In this document: one piece after another, positions 25,502 through 34,078 of the stretch | Layout of the letters: every line of letters starts with the position of its first letter | How positions within the stretch are numbered: the stretch's first letter is position 1 | IMG/VR virus record: IMGVR_UViG_3300048599_000735 | Span: 1 to 38,797 of that record | Length of the DNA stretch: 38,797 nucleotides | Reading direction: 5' to 3' (one strand) | Source of the DNA: a virus | Taxonomy: Duplodnaviria; Caudoviricetes | Translations under genes and position numbers: made by a program | The notes under the pieces: model-generated | The model's input: only the letters and a program-made list of their open reading frames with translations | What the model was told of the DNA's origin: nothing | Databases searched by the model: none

Positions 25502-28500
25502 GTGAGTTCCATCATCCCGAGCCACACCGTCTTCGGGCGCGGCGGCAGCGGCGGCAAGGGCGGGGGTAAGTCGGAGCCGGTCGGGCGGTCGCCGGTCGAG
25601 GCGCCGAACTCGCTGCAATCCAGGTCCATCGCGCGCTTCCTCGACCTGTGGTGCGAGGGGCCGATCCACGGTCTGGTGAACGAAGACCAGTCGATCTACT
25701 TCGACGACACGCCGCTCAAGAACGGCGACGGCACCTTCAACTTCACCGGCGTCGCGTTCGACACGCGCTACGGCTTTCCGTTCGGCTCGCAGACCTACAT
25801 GGCGGGCTTCCCGTCGAGCCGCAACACGGTGACGCTGGAAGGTGGCCAAGGCGTCGAGATCCGCAAGTCGAACGGCGGCGTCGTCCGCACCGTCAACAAT
25901 CCGCAGGCCAACGCCGTCATCGTCAAGATTTCGACGCCCGCCCTCTACATGCAGAACAACGAGACGGGCGACATCAACCCCTACACGTCGAACTTCCGCA
26001 TCTTCGTGAAAGCCTTCGGCGCCGCCTCGTTCGTCGAGACGCACTATGTCGGCTTCCACGGCAAGACGACCTCGACCTATCAGCGCGACTATCGCGTGGC
26101 GCTGCCGCCCGGCGGGGCGCCCTGGGACATCAAGATCCAGCGCGAGAACGACGACGATCCCGCGGAGTGGTTCAAGGACCGGCTCTACTGGACCTCCTAC
26201 ACCGAGGTGGTCGACGGCAAGCTCGCCCATCCCAACGTCGCCTATTGCGGCGTGCAGATCGACACGGCGCAGTTCAACGGCAGCGCCCCGGCGCGCTCCT
26301 ACGACGTGAAGGGCCTGCTGATCAAGATTCCGTCGAACTACAATCCGGCGACGCGCAGCTATACCGGCGACTGGAATGGCACCTTCACCACCGCCTGGTC
26401 CGACAATCCCGCCTGGTGCTTCTACGACCTGCTGACCAACACGCGCTATGGCCTGGGCCTCGATCCCGCGGCGGTGAACCCGTGGAAGTGGGACCTCTAC
26501 ACGATCGGCCAGTATTGCGATGCCGTGGACGAGAGCGGCGCCTATGTCGGCGTCGACGACGGGGCCGGCGGGAAGGAGCCGCGCTACACCTGCAACATGC
26601 TGCTGAACAGCCGGCAGGAAGCCTATGCCGTGGTCAACACCATGGCGTCGATCTTCCGCGGCATGCCGTTCTGGTCCTCCGGTGCGGTGCGCGCGACGGC
26701 CGACATGCCCAAGGCGCCGGTGGCGCTGTTCACCAACGCCAACGTGCTGGGCGGCGAGTTCAAATACGAAGGCACGTCGCTCAAGGCGCGGCACACCACG
26801 GCCAAGGTCGTGTGGAACGATCCGGCCGACGCCTATCGCCCCGCCGTCGAATGGGTCGACGATCCCGAGGGCGTGGCGCTCTACGGCGTGCGTCAGATCG
26901 ACATCGTGGCCTATGGCTGCACCAGCCGCGGCCAGGCGATCCGCGCCGGGAAATGGGTGCTCGACACCGAGCGCACGGCGACCGAGACGGTGCATTTCCG
27001 CTCCGGCCTCGAACTCGCCGACAAGTTCCCCGGCGACATCGTTTCCATCGCCGACGAGAACTACGCCCAGCAGATCTTCGGCGGCCGCATCGTCTCGTCG
27101 ACCTTGAGCAGCGTCACGGTCGACCAGGCTTACGCGGTGCTGGCGGCGTTCAGCTACACGCTGCACATCACCATGCCCGACGGCACGTTGCAGAAGCGCA
27201 CGCTCACCAATACGGCGGGCGAGACCGCGACCTTCACCTGGTCGACGCCGCTGCACGAGGAACCGCTGGCCGGCGCGGTGTGGGCCATCACCTCGACGTC
27301 GCTGGAGGCGCGGCAGTTCCTGCTGGTCTCCAACATCGAAGTGGGACCGGCGACCTTCGAGGCGATGGGCGTGTTCCACGATCCCGCCAAGTTCGATCGC
27401 GTCGAGAAGGGCATCGTCGTTCCGCCGCCGCCCTACAACGTGACGCCGACCGGGCCGATCGTGCCGCCCACGGGGCCCAGTTCGATGATGCGGCTCTATC
27501 AGGTGGGCTCGGCGGTGCGCGCCGCGGTGCTGCTGTCGTGGGCGAAGTCGGACGACGGCCGCGTCTATGCCTACGAGGTACAGGTCAAGGGTCCGCAGGA
27601 CATCGACTACCAGACCATCGGCACGACCTCGATGACCAGCATCGAATATCAGGACAGCCAGGAAGGCACCTACGATTTCCGCGTCCGCGCCAAGGCGCTG
27701 AACGGCAAGACCAGCGCGTGGCTGGAAGCGACGAACATCACGCTCACCACCGCCATCCCGCCCAGCGATGTTGGCCGGGTGGAAAAGGTCTATGACCCCG
27801 ATGGTGTCGCGATCAAGTGGCCTGCTGTCGAGGACTTGAACGTCGACTACTACGAGGTCCGCCGCGGCCCCGTACCGGCGGAGGAGCCGAACACGCAAGA
27901 GAAGTTCGAGATTTTGTGGAACGCGGCCACCAAAGTAGGCACGCCACGTGAGTTGCGTCACACCGAGAAAAAGGTCGCGACGGGGAAGTACCGGTACTGG
28001 GTAAGGGCGGTGTCAAAGCCCCAAGGCATCTACAGCGTGACGCCTTCCCACGTGGATATTGACGTGGAAGCCCCGCCGATGCCTGTCGTGACGGCTGTGC
28101 TCGAAGCAGACCAGTACAAGCTCTCGTGGCCGGGCGTAGTCTCGTCAGGCTTCTTTGTCGAGGAGTATGAAATCCGCTACGGCGCAGATTGGACTCCCGA
28201 CGACCCCCTCTCTCTCATTTCTCGCGTCAAGGGCACGTCGTTCTCCGGTCCCGTGCGTTGGGGTGGCAACCGCAAATTCTGGGTCGCGGCCAAGGACAAG
28301 GCAGGCAACTACAGTACGGCAGGCAATGTCAGTTTGATGATCAATGCCGCGAGTTCTGTTTCGAACCTGACGGCGCAGGTCGTCGACAACAACGTGCTGC
28401 TGCGCTGGAGCAGCGCCATCTCCGTCCTCCCCATCGACCACTACGCAGTAAGGAAGGGACCGACCTGGGGTGCCGGGCTATCGATAGGTGATAAGTCCGG

Positions 28501-29767
28501 TACGTTCACCAGCGTCTTCGAGAGCGCGGCAGGCACCTACACCTACTGGGTGGCGGCGGTCGACAGCGGCGGCAACGAAGGCATGCCGCTGTCGGTGACG
28601 GCGGTGGTCAACCAGCCCCCGGATTACATACTGCGCACCGAAGACTACGCAGACTTGGGTGCTGGCCGCACGGGCCACGTGCTCACGAGCACAGCCGCGG
28701 GAGACACGTTTGCCGGCGTCACGTCGACCTGCGCCGTTACCGCCAACAAGACCTTCCGGTTCCAGATCTGGGTCAAAGCAGGCTCCCAGCCCGGCGTCGT
28801 GCGTCTGCATCTGCGCGACGGTGCCAACACCGAGTATGGCGCTTTCGACTTCACGCCTACGTCCACCTGGCGGCTGTACAGCGTGCAGACGACCTTCCCG
28901 TCGGGGGCGGTGCCTAACCTGGTCGTCTATGTGAACCCGTTGTCGACTGCGAGCGCAGCGGGGCAGACGCTGCTACTTGCCGACGCCGAAATCATCGAGG
29001 TGGGATCGCTCACCAACCTCATTGCTTCCGAGTTCGCGGGGGGCAGCTGGTACTATAGCAACAGCGCGGGCGCCCAGAACGTCGTGCCGGGACCTTTCGA
29101 CGGCGTGCTGACCAATCTCACGGTGCAGGCCGGTGTTCTCTATGGCCCCGCCGACACGACCGAGACGTGGCTGACGCACTTCACCGATCAGGGATGGGAC
29201 CAGCCGCAAGACCAGATCGACGCCGGTTACGTCGACTGGCTTGACCCCGGCCCGAGCACGGCGAAGTACGTCGAGGTGTTCGACTATGACTCGGTCGTGC
29301 AGGGAACTCTTGTCACGATCTCGCCGAGCAAGAACGATTTCTCTGGCTCGGTGTCCGTGTCCATTGGCCTGGAGAGCAGTCTCGACGGTGTGAACTGGAC
29401 GATGGTCGGTACGGGCTCGCAGCAGTATGTGTCGAACTTCCGCTACTTGCGCGTCACCCTCGACCTCAGCAGCGCAGGCGCGGTGTGCGCAATCTCGGCC
29501 ATCTCGGTCAAGCTCGCTTCCAAGATGAAGACCGACGCCGATACGGTCAATGCGAACGCCAGCGACAGCGGCGGCACGCTGGTGACGTTCAACACGCCAT
29601 TTGCGTCGGTGACTTCGATCCAAGTGAGCCCGGTGGGTACGGCCGCACGGTACGCCATCTATGACTTCGCTGGCGTGCCTTATCCGACGAGTTTCAAGGT
29701 GTTGGTGTTCGATGCCGCGGGCAACCGCATTTCCGGCCAGGTGAGCTGGACCGCACGAGGATACTAG
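25502..29767 (+). CDS. Lambda gpJ-like central tail tip / host specificity protein
   Basis: GG.GG N-terminus, EGPI.GL, WSDNPAWC.YDLLTN.RYGLG, EPRY.CN, GCTSRGQA.R.GKW; FNIII-like repeats and a CBM-like insert. Confidence 0.95.
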   Translation: MSSIIPSHTVFGRGGSGGKGGGKSEPVGRSPVEAPNSLQSRSIARFLDLWCEGPIHGLVNEDQSIYFDDTPLKNGDGTFNFTGVAFDTRYGFPFGSQTYMAGFPSSRNTVTLEGGQGVEIRKSNGGVVRTVNNPQANAVIVKISTPALYMQNNETGDINPYTSNFRIFVKAFGAASFVETHYVGFHGKTTSTYQRDYRVALPPGGAPWDIKIQRENDDDPAEWFKDRLYWTSYTEVVDGKLAHPNVAYCGVQIDTAQFNGSAPARSYDVKGLLIKIPSNYNPATRSYTGDWNGTFTTAWSDNPAWCFYDLLTNTRYGLGLDPAAVNPWKWDLYTIGQYCDAVDESGAYVGVDDGAGGKEPRYTCNMLLNSRQEAYAVVNTMASIFRGMPFWSSGAVRATADMPKAPVALFTNANVLGGEFKYEGTSLKARHTTAKVVWNDPADAYRPAVEWVDDPEGVALYGVRQIDIVAYGCTSRGQAIRAGKWVLDTERTATETVHFRSGLELADKFPGDIVSIADENYAQQIFGGRIVSSTLSSVTVDQAYAVLAAFSYTLHITMPDGTLQKRTLTNTAGETATFTWSTPLHEEPLAGAVWAITSTSLEARQFLLVSNIEVGPATFEAMGVFHDPAKFDRVEKGIVVPPPPYNVTPTGPIVPPTGPSSMMRLYQVGSAVRAAVLLSWAKSDDGRVYAYEVQVKGPQDIDYQTIGTTSMTSIEYQDSQEGTYDFRVRAKALNGKTSAWLEATNITLTTAIPPSDVGRVEKVYDPDGVAIKWPAVEDLNVDYYEVRRGPVPAEEPNTQEKFEILWNAATKVGTPRELRHTEKKVATGKYRYWVRAVSKPQGIYSVTPSHVDIDVEAPPMPVVTAVLEADQYKLSWPGVVSSGFFVEEYEIRYGADWTPDDPLSLISRVKGTSFSGPVRWGGNRKFWVAAKDKAGNYSTAGNVSLMINAASSVSNLTAQVVDNNVLLRWSSAISVLPIDHYAVRKGPTWGAGLSIGDKSGTFTSVFESAAGTYTYWVAAVDSGGNEGMPLSVTAVVNQPPDYILRTEDYADLGAGRTGHVLTSTAAGDTFAGVTSTCAVTANKTFRFQIWVKAGSQPGVVRLHLRDGANTEYGAFDFTPTSTWRLYSVQTTFPSGAVPNLVVYVNPLSTASAAGQTLLLADAEIIEVGSLTNLIASEFAGGSWYYSNSAGAQNVVPGPFDGVLTNLTVQAGVLYGPADTTETWLTHFTDQGWDQPQDQIDAGYVDWLDPGPSTAKYVEVFDYDSVVQGTLVTISPSKNDFSGSVSVSIGLESSLDGVNWTMVGTGSQQYVSNFRYLRVTLDLSSAGAVCAISAISVKLASKMKTDADTVNANASDSGGTLVTFNTPFASVTSIQVSPVGTAARYAIYDFAGVPYPTSFKVLVFDAAGNRISGQVSWTARGY

Positions 29768-29768
29768 A

Positions 29769-30479
29769 ATGGCCGACTGGAACAATCCGCAGAACGCATC
29801 GCTCTACACGGACGTGATGCAGATGATCAAAGATCGAGACTACGCGGCCATGACGCTAAACAGCGTCGCCGAGACGTTCACCAATCTGCCCGACGGCGCG
29901 ATGAAGTGGCATCCCGGCAATCAAAGGCTGGAAAGAATATGGAGCGGTGTGTGGCAAGCCCAGCTCATAGGCCTGGGGGGTGGCGGTACAGGGGCCAATT
30001 CCGCCGCAGGCGCGCGTAGCAATCTCGGGTTGGGCGCCGTCGCGGTCGAGAATGTCCTTACTGTTGCCAAGGGCGGTACCGAGGCCACGACGGCGGCCGG
30101 GGCTCGCGACAAGCTCGGCCTGGGCTCGATGGCGACGCAGAACGGCAACGCCGTGTCGATCACCGGCGGCAGCATTTCCGGCATCGCGGCGCTCGGCATC
30201 GCCGTGGGCGGCACGGGTGCGAACAGCGTCATCGGCGCTCGCGCCAATCTCGGGCTGGGCGGCCTTGCGATCCTGCACGCCGTCGGGGTGGGCGAGATCT
30301 GGGACGGCAACGTCACCACCGCGAAGCTCGCCGATGGGGCCGTGACGACCATCAAGATCGCCGATGGCCAGGTCACGGACGCGAAGATCGCCTCCGGCCT
30401 CAACGGCAAGGGCAGCCGCATCGTGTCGACGGGCACACCGTCGGGCGGTAACAACGGCGACATCTGGTACCAGGTCTAA
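29769..30479 (+). CDS. Short tail fibre protein
   Basis: 3x GGT.A.....AR..LGLG, VT..K(L/I)ADG repeats, C-terminal PSGG.NGDIWYQ. Confidence 0.75.
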   Translation: MADWNNPQNASLYTDVMQMIKDRDYAAMTLNSVAETFTNLPDGAMKWHPGNQRLERIWSGVWQAQLIGLGGGGTGANSAAGARSNLGLGAVAVENVLTVAKGGTEATTAAGARDKLGLGSMATQNGNAVSITGGSISGIAALGIAVGGTGANSVIGARANLGLGGLAILHAVGVGEIWDGNVTTAKLADGAVTTIKIADGQVTDAKIASGLNGKGSRIVSTGTPSGGNNGDIWYQV

Positions 30480-30483
30480 GGCC

Positions 30484-31377
30484 ATGGCGAACGAGAACAC
30501 CTTCGTGAAGGATGCGGGCGCCTGGAAGATGGCGACCGCGATCCACGTCAAGGACGCCGGCGTCTGGAAGACGGTGAAGGGCATCTGGACGCACGACGGC
30601 GGCGTCTGGAAGAAGGTCTACTTCAAGTCGTTCCGCTTCAATCACACCTACAGCACCGTCACGGCGAGCCCGAGCGTGGCGACGCTCGCGACATCGCTGG
30701 GATGGAACGGCAGCGATCCCGTAGTGGGCAACATCGTCGTCGATGCCAACCTCTACTCGACCTCGACCGGCGTGGCGGCCTTCTATTGCCACGGCCTGCC
30801 GGCGGGATCGGTGATCAATCTCACCGTGAATGCCGGAAGGACCATCGGCGGCTGCGGCGGGCAAGGCGGTAACGGCGTGGCCGGCGTCAACGGCGAGACG
30901 GGCGGGCTCGCGATGTACGTGCGCAACACGCTGAACGTCACCAACAACGGGACGATCGCGGGCGGCGGCGGCGGCGGCGGTGTCGGCGGCGACTATGTCG
31001 ACTGGGGCGCCAGCCTCTTCATCGGCGGCTCGGGCGGCGGCGGCGGACGCGGCGGCGGCGGCGCGGGCGGCGGCATCAACAATGCGGGCTACACGCCGGG
31101 CGGTCCGGGCAACAACGGCTCCTTCGCGGGCGCGGGCACGGGGGGCGCGGGCGTCTCCGTGTCGCGCGGCGGCGAGGAGGGCAGCCCGATCACCTGGCAC
31201 ACCGGCGGCAACGGCGGCAACGGCGGCGACTGGGGCCAGCCGGGCAGCGCCGGCAGCACGGCGAGCAACGGCGGCGGCGGCCCGGGCGCGGGTGGCGCGG
31301 CGGGCTCGGCCGTCGACGGCAACTCCTTCGTGACGTGGCTGGCGACAGGCAGCCGGTTCGGGAGCTTGGCGAACTAG
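30484..31377 (+). CDS. Glycine-rich adhesin (T-even gp38-like)
   Basis: N-terminal K.(A/G)G.WK Trp repeats, N.GTIAGGGGGGG, multiple polyglycine runs. Confidence 0.7.
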   Translation: MANENTFVKDAGAWKMATAIHVKDAGVWKTVKGIWTHDGGVWKKVYFKSFRFNHTYSTVTASPSVATLATSLGWNGSDPVVGNIVVDANLYSTSTGVAAFYCHGLPAGSVINLTVNAGRTIGGCGGQGGNGVAGVNGETGGLAMYVRNTLNVTNNGTIAGGGGGGGVGGDYVDWGASLFIGGSGGGGGRGGGGAGGGINNAGYTPGGPGNNGSFAGAGTGGAGVSVSRGGEEGSPITWHTGGNGGNGGDWGQPGSAGSTASNGGGGPGAGGAAGSAVDGNSFVTWLATGSRFGSLAN

Positions 31378-31388
31378 GGCCGAGGGTT

Positions 31389-31406
31389 CGTGCAACCGAT
31401 TGCACG
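31389..31406. promoter_or_regulatory. 18-bp palindrome variant (17/18) right after the last tail gene
   Basis: CGTGCAACCGATTGCACG, intergenic. Confidence 0.55.
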
Positions 31407-31416
31407 GCGCCCGGCC

Positions 31417-31731
31417 TTACGCCACCGGCTGGCTCACCTGCGTCACCGGCTGGAGGTCGGTGAACTTGGCGATGTCGGCGAAGACTTCGCCGGCGCGCGG
31501 GCCGGTGAGGCTCGCCTTCAGGGCGTCGGCGCTCTCGAAGGTGAGGTGGGCCATCAGGATGTAGGGGGCGGGGCTGCCGTCGCCGGCGGAAAGGCCGCGC
31601 ATCACCTGCACCGTCTTGAGCCCCGTCGACGCGAAAGCCGACTTGACCAGCGGGATGTGATTGCTGTCGTAGTAGGCGTTGTCGAAGCGCGCGCCGTCGC
31701 GGCGGGGATAGAGGACGCTGAAGACGACCAT
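31417..31731 (-). CDS. EthD-family protein
   Basis: SVLYP....FD..YY...H.PLV, DI.KFTD.QP..Q.S. Confidence 0.88.
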   Translation of the reverse strand: MVVFSVLYPRRDGARFDNAYYDSNHIPLVKSAFASTGLKTVQVMRGLSAGDGSPAPYILMAHLTFESADALKASLTGPRAGEVFADIAKFTDLQPVTQVSQPVA

Positions 31732-31787
31732 GGGAACCTCGCGAGCGTGATGGTGGTTGTGCACGTGACGCGGACTCGACTGTCGCG

Positions 31788-31825
31788 ATAGAGACCTTAG
31801 CGGATAATAGGGACCTTAGCCGACA
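31788..31825. repeat. 19-bp imperfect tandem direct repeat upstream of EthD gene
   Basis: atagagaccttagcggata / atagggaccttagccgaca. Confidence 0.65.
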
Positions 31826-31876
31826 ATCGCCGCCGGGGTCATCGGGCGGTCGCCGGAGGGCCGCGGCGAAAGCGGA

Positions 31877-32377
31877 TTACTCCGGCATCAACTGCAGGTC
31901 GGTGTCCTGCAGTTTCAGGCCGCATTGCGTCAGCAGGCAATGCGCCTGGCCGCGATGGTGGGTCTGGTGGTTGAAGAAATGCGCGACGAAGATCCAGCGC
32001 CGGCCGCTGACGTCGCGATGCGAGCTCTTGGAAAAATAGCTGAGCTGGCCCGCCAGCCACGCGGGCGCCAGCGCATCGGCCCACTGGACGATGTCGGCAT
32101 CGCAGGCGATGCGTTCGTCCTGCAGCGCCTCCCAGGTGGGCCAGGTCGAGACGGCGTCGGCCATCGCCGCGGGTGGCGTCGGCGTTCCCTCGAAGCGGCT
32201 GAGCCACAGCCGGTCGGCCCAGACGAGATGCGCCAGCGTCGCGTGGATCGAGCCGAAGAAGGCGCCGCGGTCGCGCCGACGCTCCTCGTCGGCGAGGCTC
32301 GAGGCCGCGCCGTAGAGGCTTTCGTTCTGCCAGCGATTGTAGCGCGCCAGGCGTTGGGCGTAGGCGACGTCGATCAT
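31877..32377 (-). CDS. DinB/YfiT-family putative metalloenzyme
   Basis: YNRWQN, GAFFGSIH.TL.H...AD..WL.RF, HFFNHQTHHRGQ. Confidence 0.92.
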   Translation of the reverse strand: MIDVAYAQRLARYNRWQNESLYGAASSLADEERRRDRGAFFGSIHATLAHLVWADRLWLSRFEGTPTPPAAMADAVSTWPTWEALQDERIACDADIVQWADALAPAWLAGQLSYFSKSSHRDVSGRRWIFVAHFFNHQTHHRGQAHCLLTQCGLKLQDTDLQLMPE

Positions 32378-32504
32378 CGGATGCTCCCGTAGCGAGGCCG
32401 CAAGCGTAGCGGAAAGCGAGAAGGCTTGCCGCTCCGCCGGGGCGTGGCTAGTCGAGGAAGGCACGGGATAGACGCGACGCGACGCAATCACCAAGGAGGG
32501 TGGC

Positions 32505-33107
32505 GTGCTGGTGCTGGCTCTGACCGGATCGCCTGGATCCGGCAAAACGACCGTGGCGGACCATCTGGTGCTGCGTCACGGCTTCCGGCGGCTGCGCTTC
32601 GGCGAGCCGTTGAAGACCATGCTGGGGGCGTTGATTGCCGCGCAGGGGCAGACGCCGGAGTATGTGAGGCGCTGTCTGGAGGGCGATCTCAAGACGCGGC
32701 CGGTTCGCGAGCTGGCGGGGCGGACGCCCAGGCATGCATTGCATGCACTGGCCAACGGCTGGGGGCGCGACATGATCGGGCCCGACCTCTGGGTGCAGTG
32801 CTGGCGCGGCGCCGTCGAGCCGATGCTGCAGGCGGGGCCGGTGGTGGCCGAGGATTGCAGCCGCTTCGACGAGGTCGACATGGTGCGCGCGCTGGGCGGG
32901 CTGGTCTGGCGGATTGTACGGACCGACGGGCGCACCGACGGGCGCGACGGCGACGACTCCGGCTCTGCCACGGCGCCCGATCCCGAGCAGGCGGCCTTCG
33001 AGGTCGATGCCAACCTCTTAAACAACGGCGCGGTGCCGGCGCTGCTGCTGCACGTCAACCAGCTCCTGCGCGACTATGTGCGGCGCCAGCAGGCGAGGAC
33101 CCCGTGA
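32505..33107 (+). CDS. Phage deoxynucleoside monophosphate kinase
   Basis: Walker A LTGSPGSGKTT, F.EPLK.ML, TPR..L..L..GWGR.MI..D.WV, D..RF.E. Confidence 0.85.
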   Translation: MLVLALTGSPGSGKTTVADHLVLRHGFRRLRFGEPLKTMLGALIAAQGQTPEYVRRCLEGDLKTRPVRELAGRTPRHALHALANGWGRDMIGPDLWVQCWRGAVEPMLQAGPVVAEDCSRFDEVDMVRALGGLVWRIVRTDGRTDGRDGDDSGSATAPDPEQAAFEVDANLLNNGAVPALLLHVNQLLRDYVRRQQARTP

Positions 33108-34078
33108 CCACGCTCAACCGCTGCATCGAGGTCGCGGGCGGCGACAGGGTCGGCCGCTTCCTGTATCGGCTGCATCGCTGGACGGCCTTCACGCGCATCG
33201 TGCGCGGCGGCGTCAAATGGGTCGCGCTCACCTACGCGCAATGGGCGGACGAACTCGCCGTCTCCTACACGCAGTTCAAATACCTGCTCGAGAAGGCCGC
33301 GGCCGCCGGCCAGGTCGTGCGCGAGCAGCATCGCTTCCGCGGACTGAAGGTGCTGTTCGTGCGCCTGTCGGACGCCACGCGGGCGGCGATTGCCCATACC
33401 GGTGCCCAGGCCGGTGCCCAGACCGGTGAGGGCAAAAGTGCCCAGACCGGTTTGGGCAAAACTGCCCAACTCATAAGAAACCCGACTCAAGAAACGATTG
33501 AAGAAACCAAGATTGCGAGCGGCCCGGCGGCCGCCGCGGCACCAGCTCCAACGCCAGCTCCAACACCAGTTCCAACGCTGGCCGCGACGAAGGTCGCGAC
33601 ACTGGAAGCGCTGTGGCGGGAAGCGCGGCCGTCGGCGCCGATCACCGCCAAGATGCGCGGCCAGTTCCGCCACCTCGTCCGCACCCTGCGCGACGGCGAG
33701 GCGGAGCGGGTGGTGCGCTTCGCCCTGGCGCACTGGCCGCGGGTCGTGCGCGCCGCCGAAAAGCACCACGGCGCGTTCAAGTCGCCCGACGTGCCGCAGC
33801 TCGGGTTTCTCGTGAAACACATCGAGGCGGTGCGGAGCCTGACCAACAAACCACCTCACCCTGAGGAGCCGCACGCAGTGCGGCGTCTCGAAGGGTGGGC
33901 CGCAGACGCGGCGCTTCGGCCTTCTGTCGTCCTGAGCGTAGCGAAGGACCTAATCGCCGCTTGCAACCGGCATGAGATCCTTCGCTGCGCTCAGGATGAC
34001 AAGAGAAGCAGCGCGCGCCCTCGGCCCGCGATCATGACCTATCGCGAGATGCTGGCGCTGGAAGGGATCGCGGCGTGA
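33104..34078 (+). CDS. Putative replication initiator (N-terminal winged helix, internal iterons)
   Basis: W...TY.QWA.EL..S..Q....L HTH; GTGA-coupled; upstream of loader and DnaB. Confidence 0.6.
   Translation: MTTLNRCIEVAGGDRVGRFLYRLHRWTAFTRIVRGGVKWVALTYAQWADELAVSYTQFKYLLEKAAAAGQVVREQHRFRGLKVLFVRLSDATRAAIAHTGAQAGAQTGEGKSAQTGLGKTAQLIRNPTQETIEETKIASGPAAAAAPAPTPAPTPVPTLAATKVATLEALWREARPSAPITAKMRGQFRHLVRTLRDGEAERVVRFALAHWPRVVRAAEKHHGAFKSPDVPQLGFLVKHIEAVRSLTNKPPHPEEPHAVRRLEGWAADAALRPSVVLSVAKDLIAACNRHEILRCAQDDKRSSARPRPAIMTYREMLALEGIAA
33391..33515. repeat. Iteron-like repeats plus A-rich tract (candidate origin)
   Basis: TGCCCA(G/T)(A/G)CCGG x4 (33391, 33403, 33415, 33439), partial at 33463, then three AAGAAAC units. 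Confidence 0.6.
33854..33898. repeat. Second host repeat family (CTCACCCTGAGGAGC..GCGTCTCGAAGGGTG), in frame within the CDS
   Basis: Resembles an alphaproteobacterial intergenic repeat (from recall); internal hairpin gccgcac-gca-gtgcggc. Confidence 0.55.
33925..34001. repeat. Host REP/MITE-like element, copy C, in frame within the initiator CDS
   Basis: Both arms present; translated as VVLSVAKDLIAACNRHEILRCAQDD. Confidence 0.85.

Noticed and set aside
30950-31310. GGC-rich runs as a DNA-level repeat element
   Set aside because: Explained by polyglycine coding in the adhesin
19910-31377. Diversity-generating retroelement or invertible tail-fibre cassette
   Set aside because: No reverse transcriptase or invertase, and no adenine-specific TR/VR pair; the fibre duplication is diverged at all base types
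32426-33103. 5' extension making a 550-aa ORF 32426-34078
   Set aside because: Overlaps the dNMP kinase in another frame; the real start is most likely the coupled GTG at 33104
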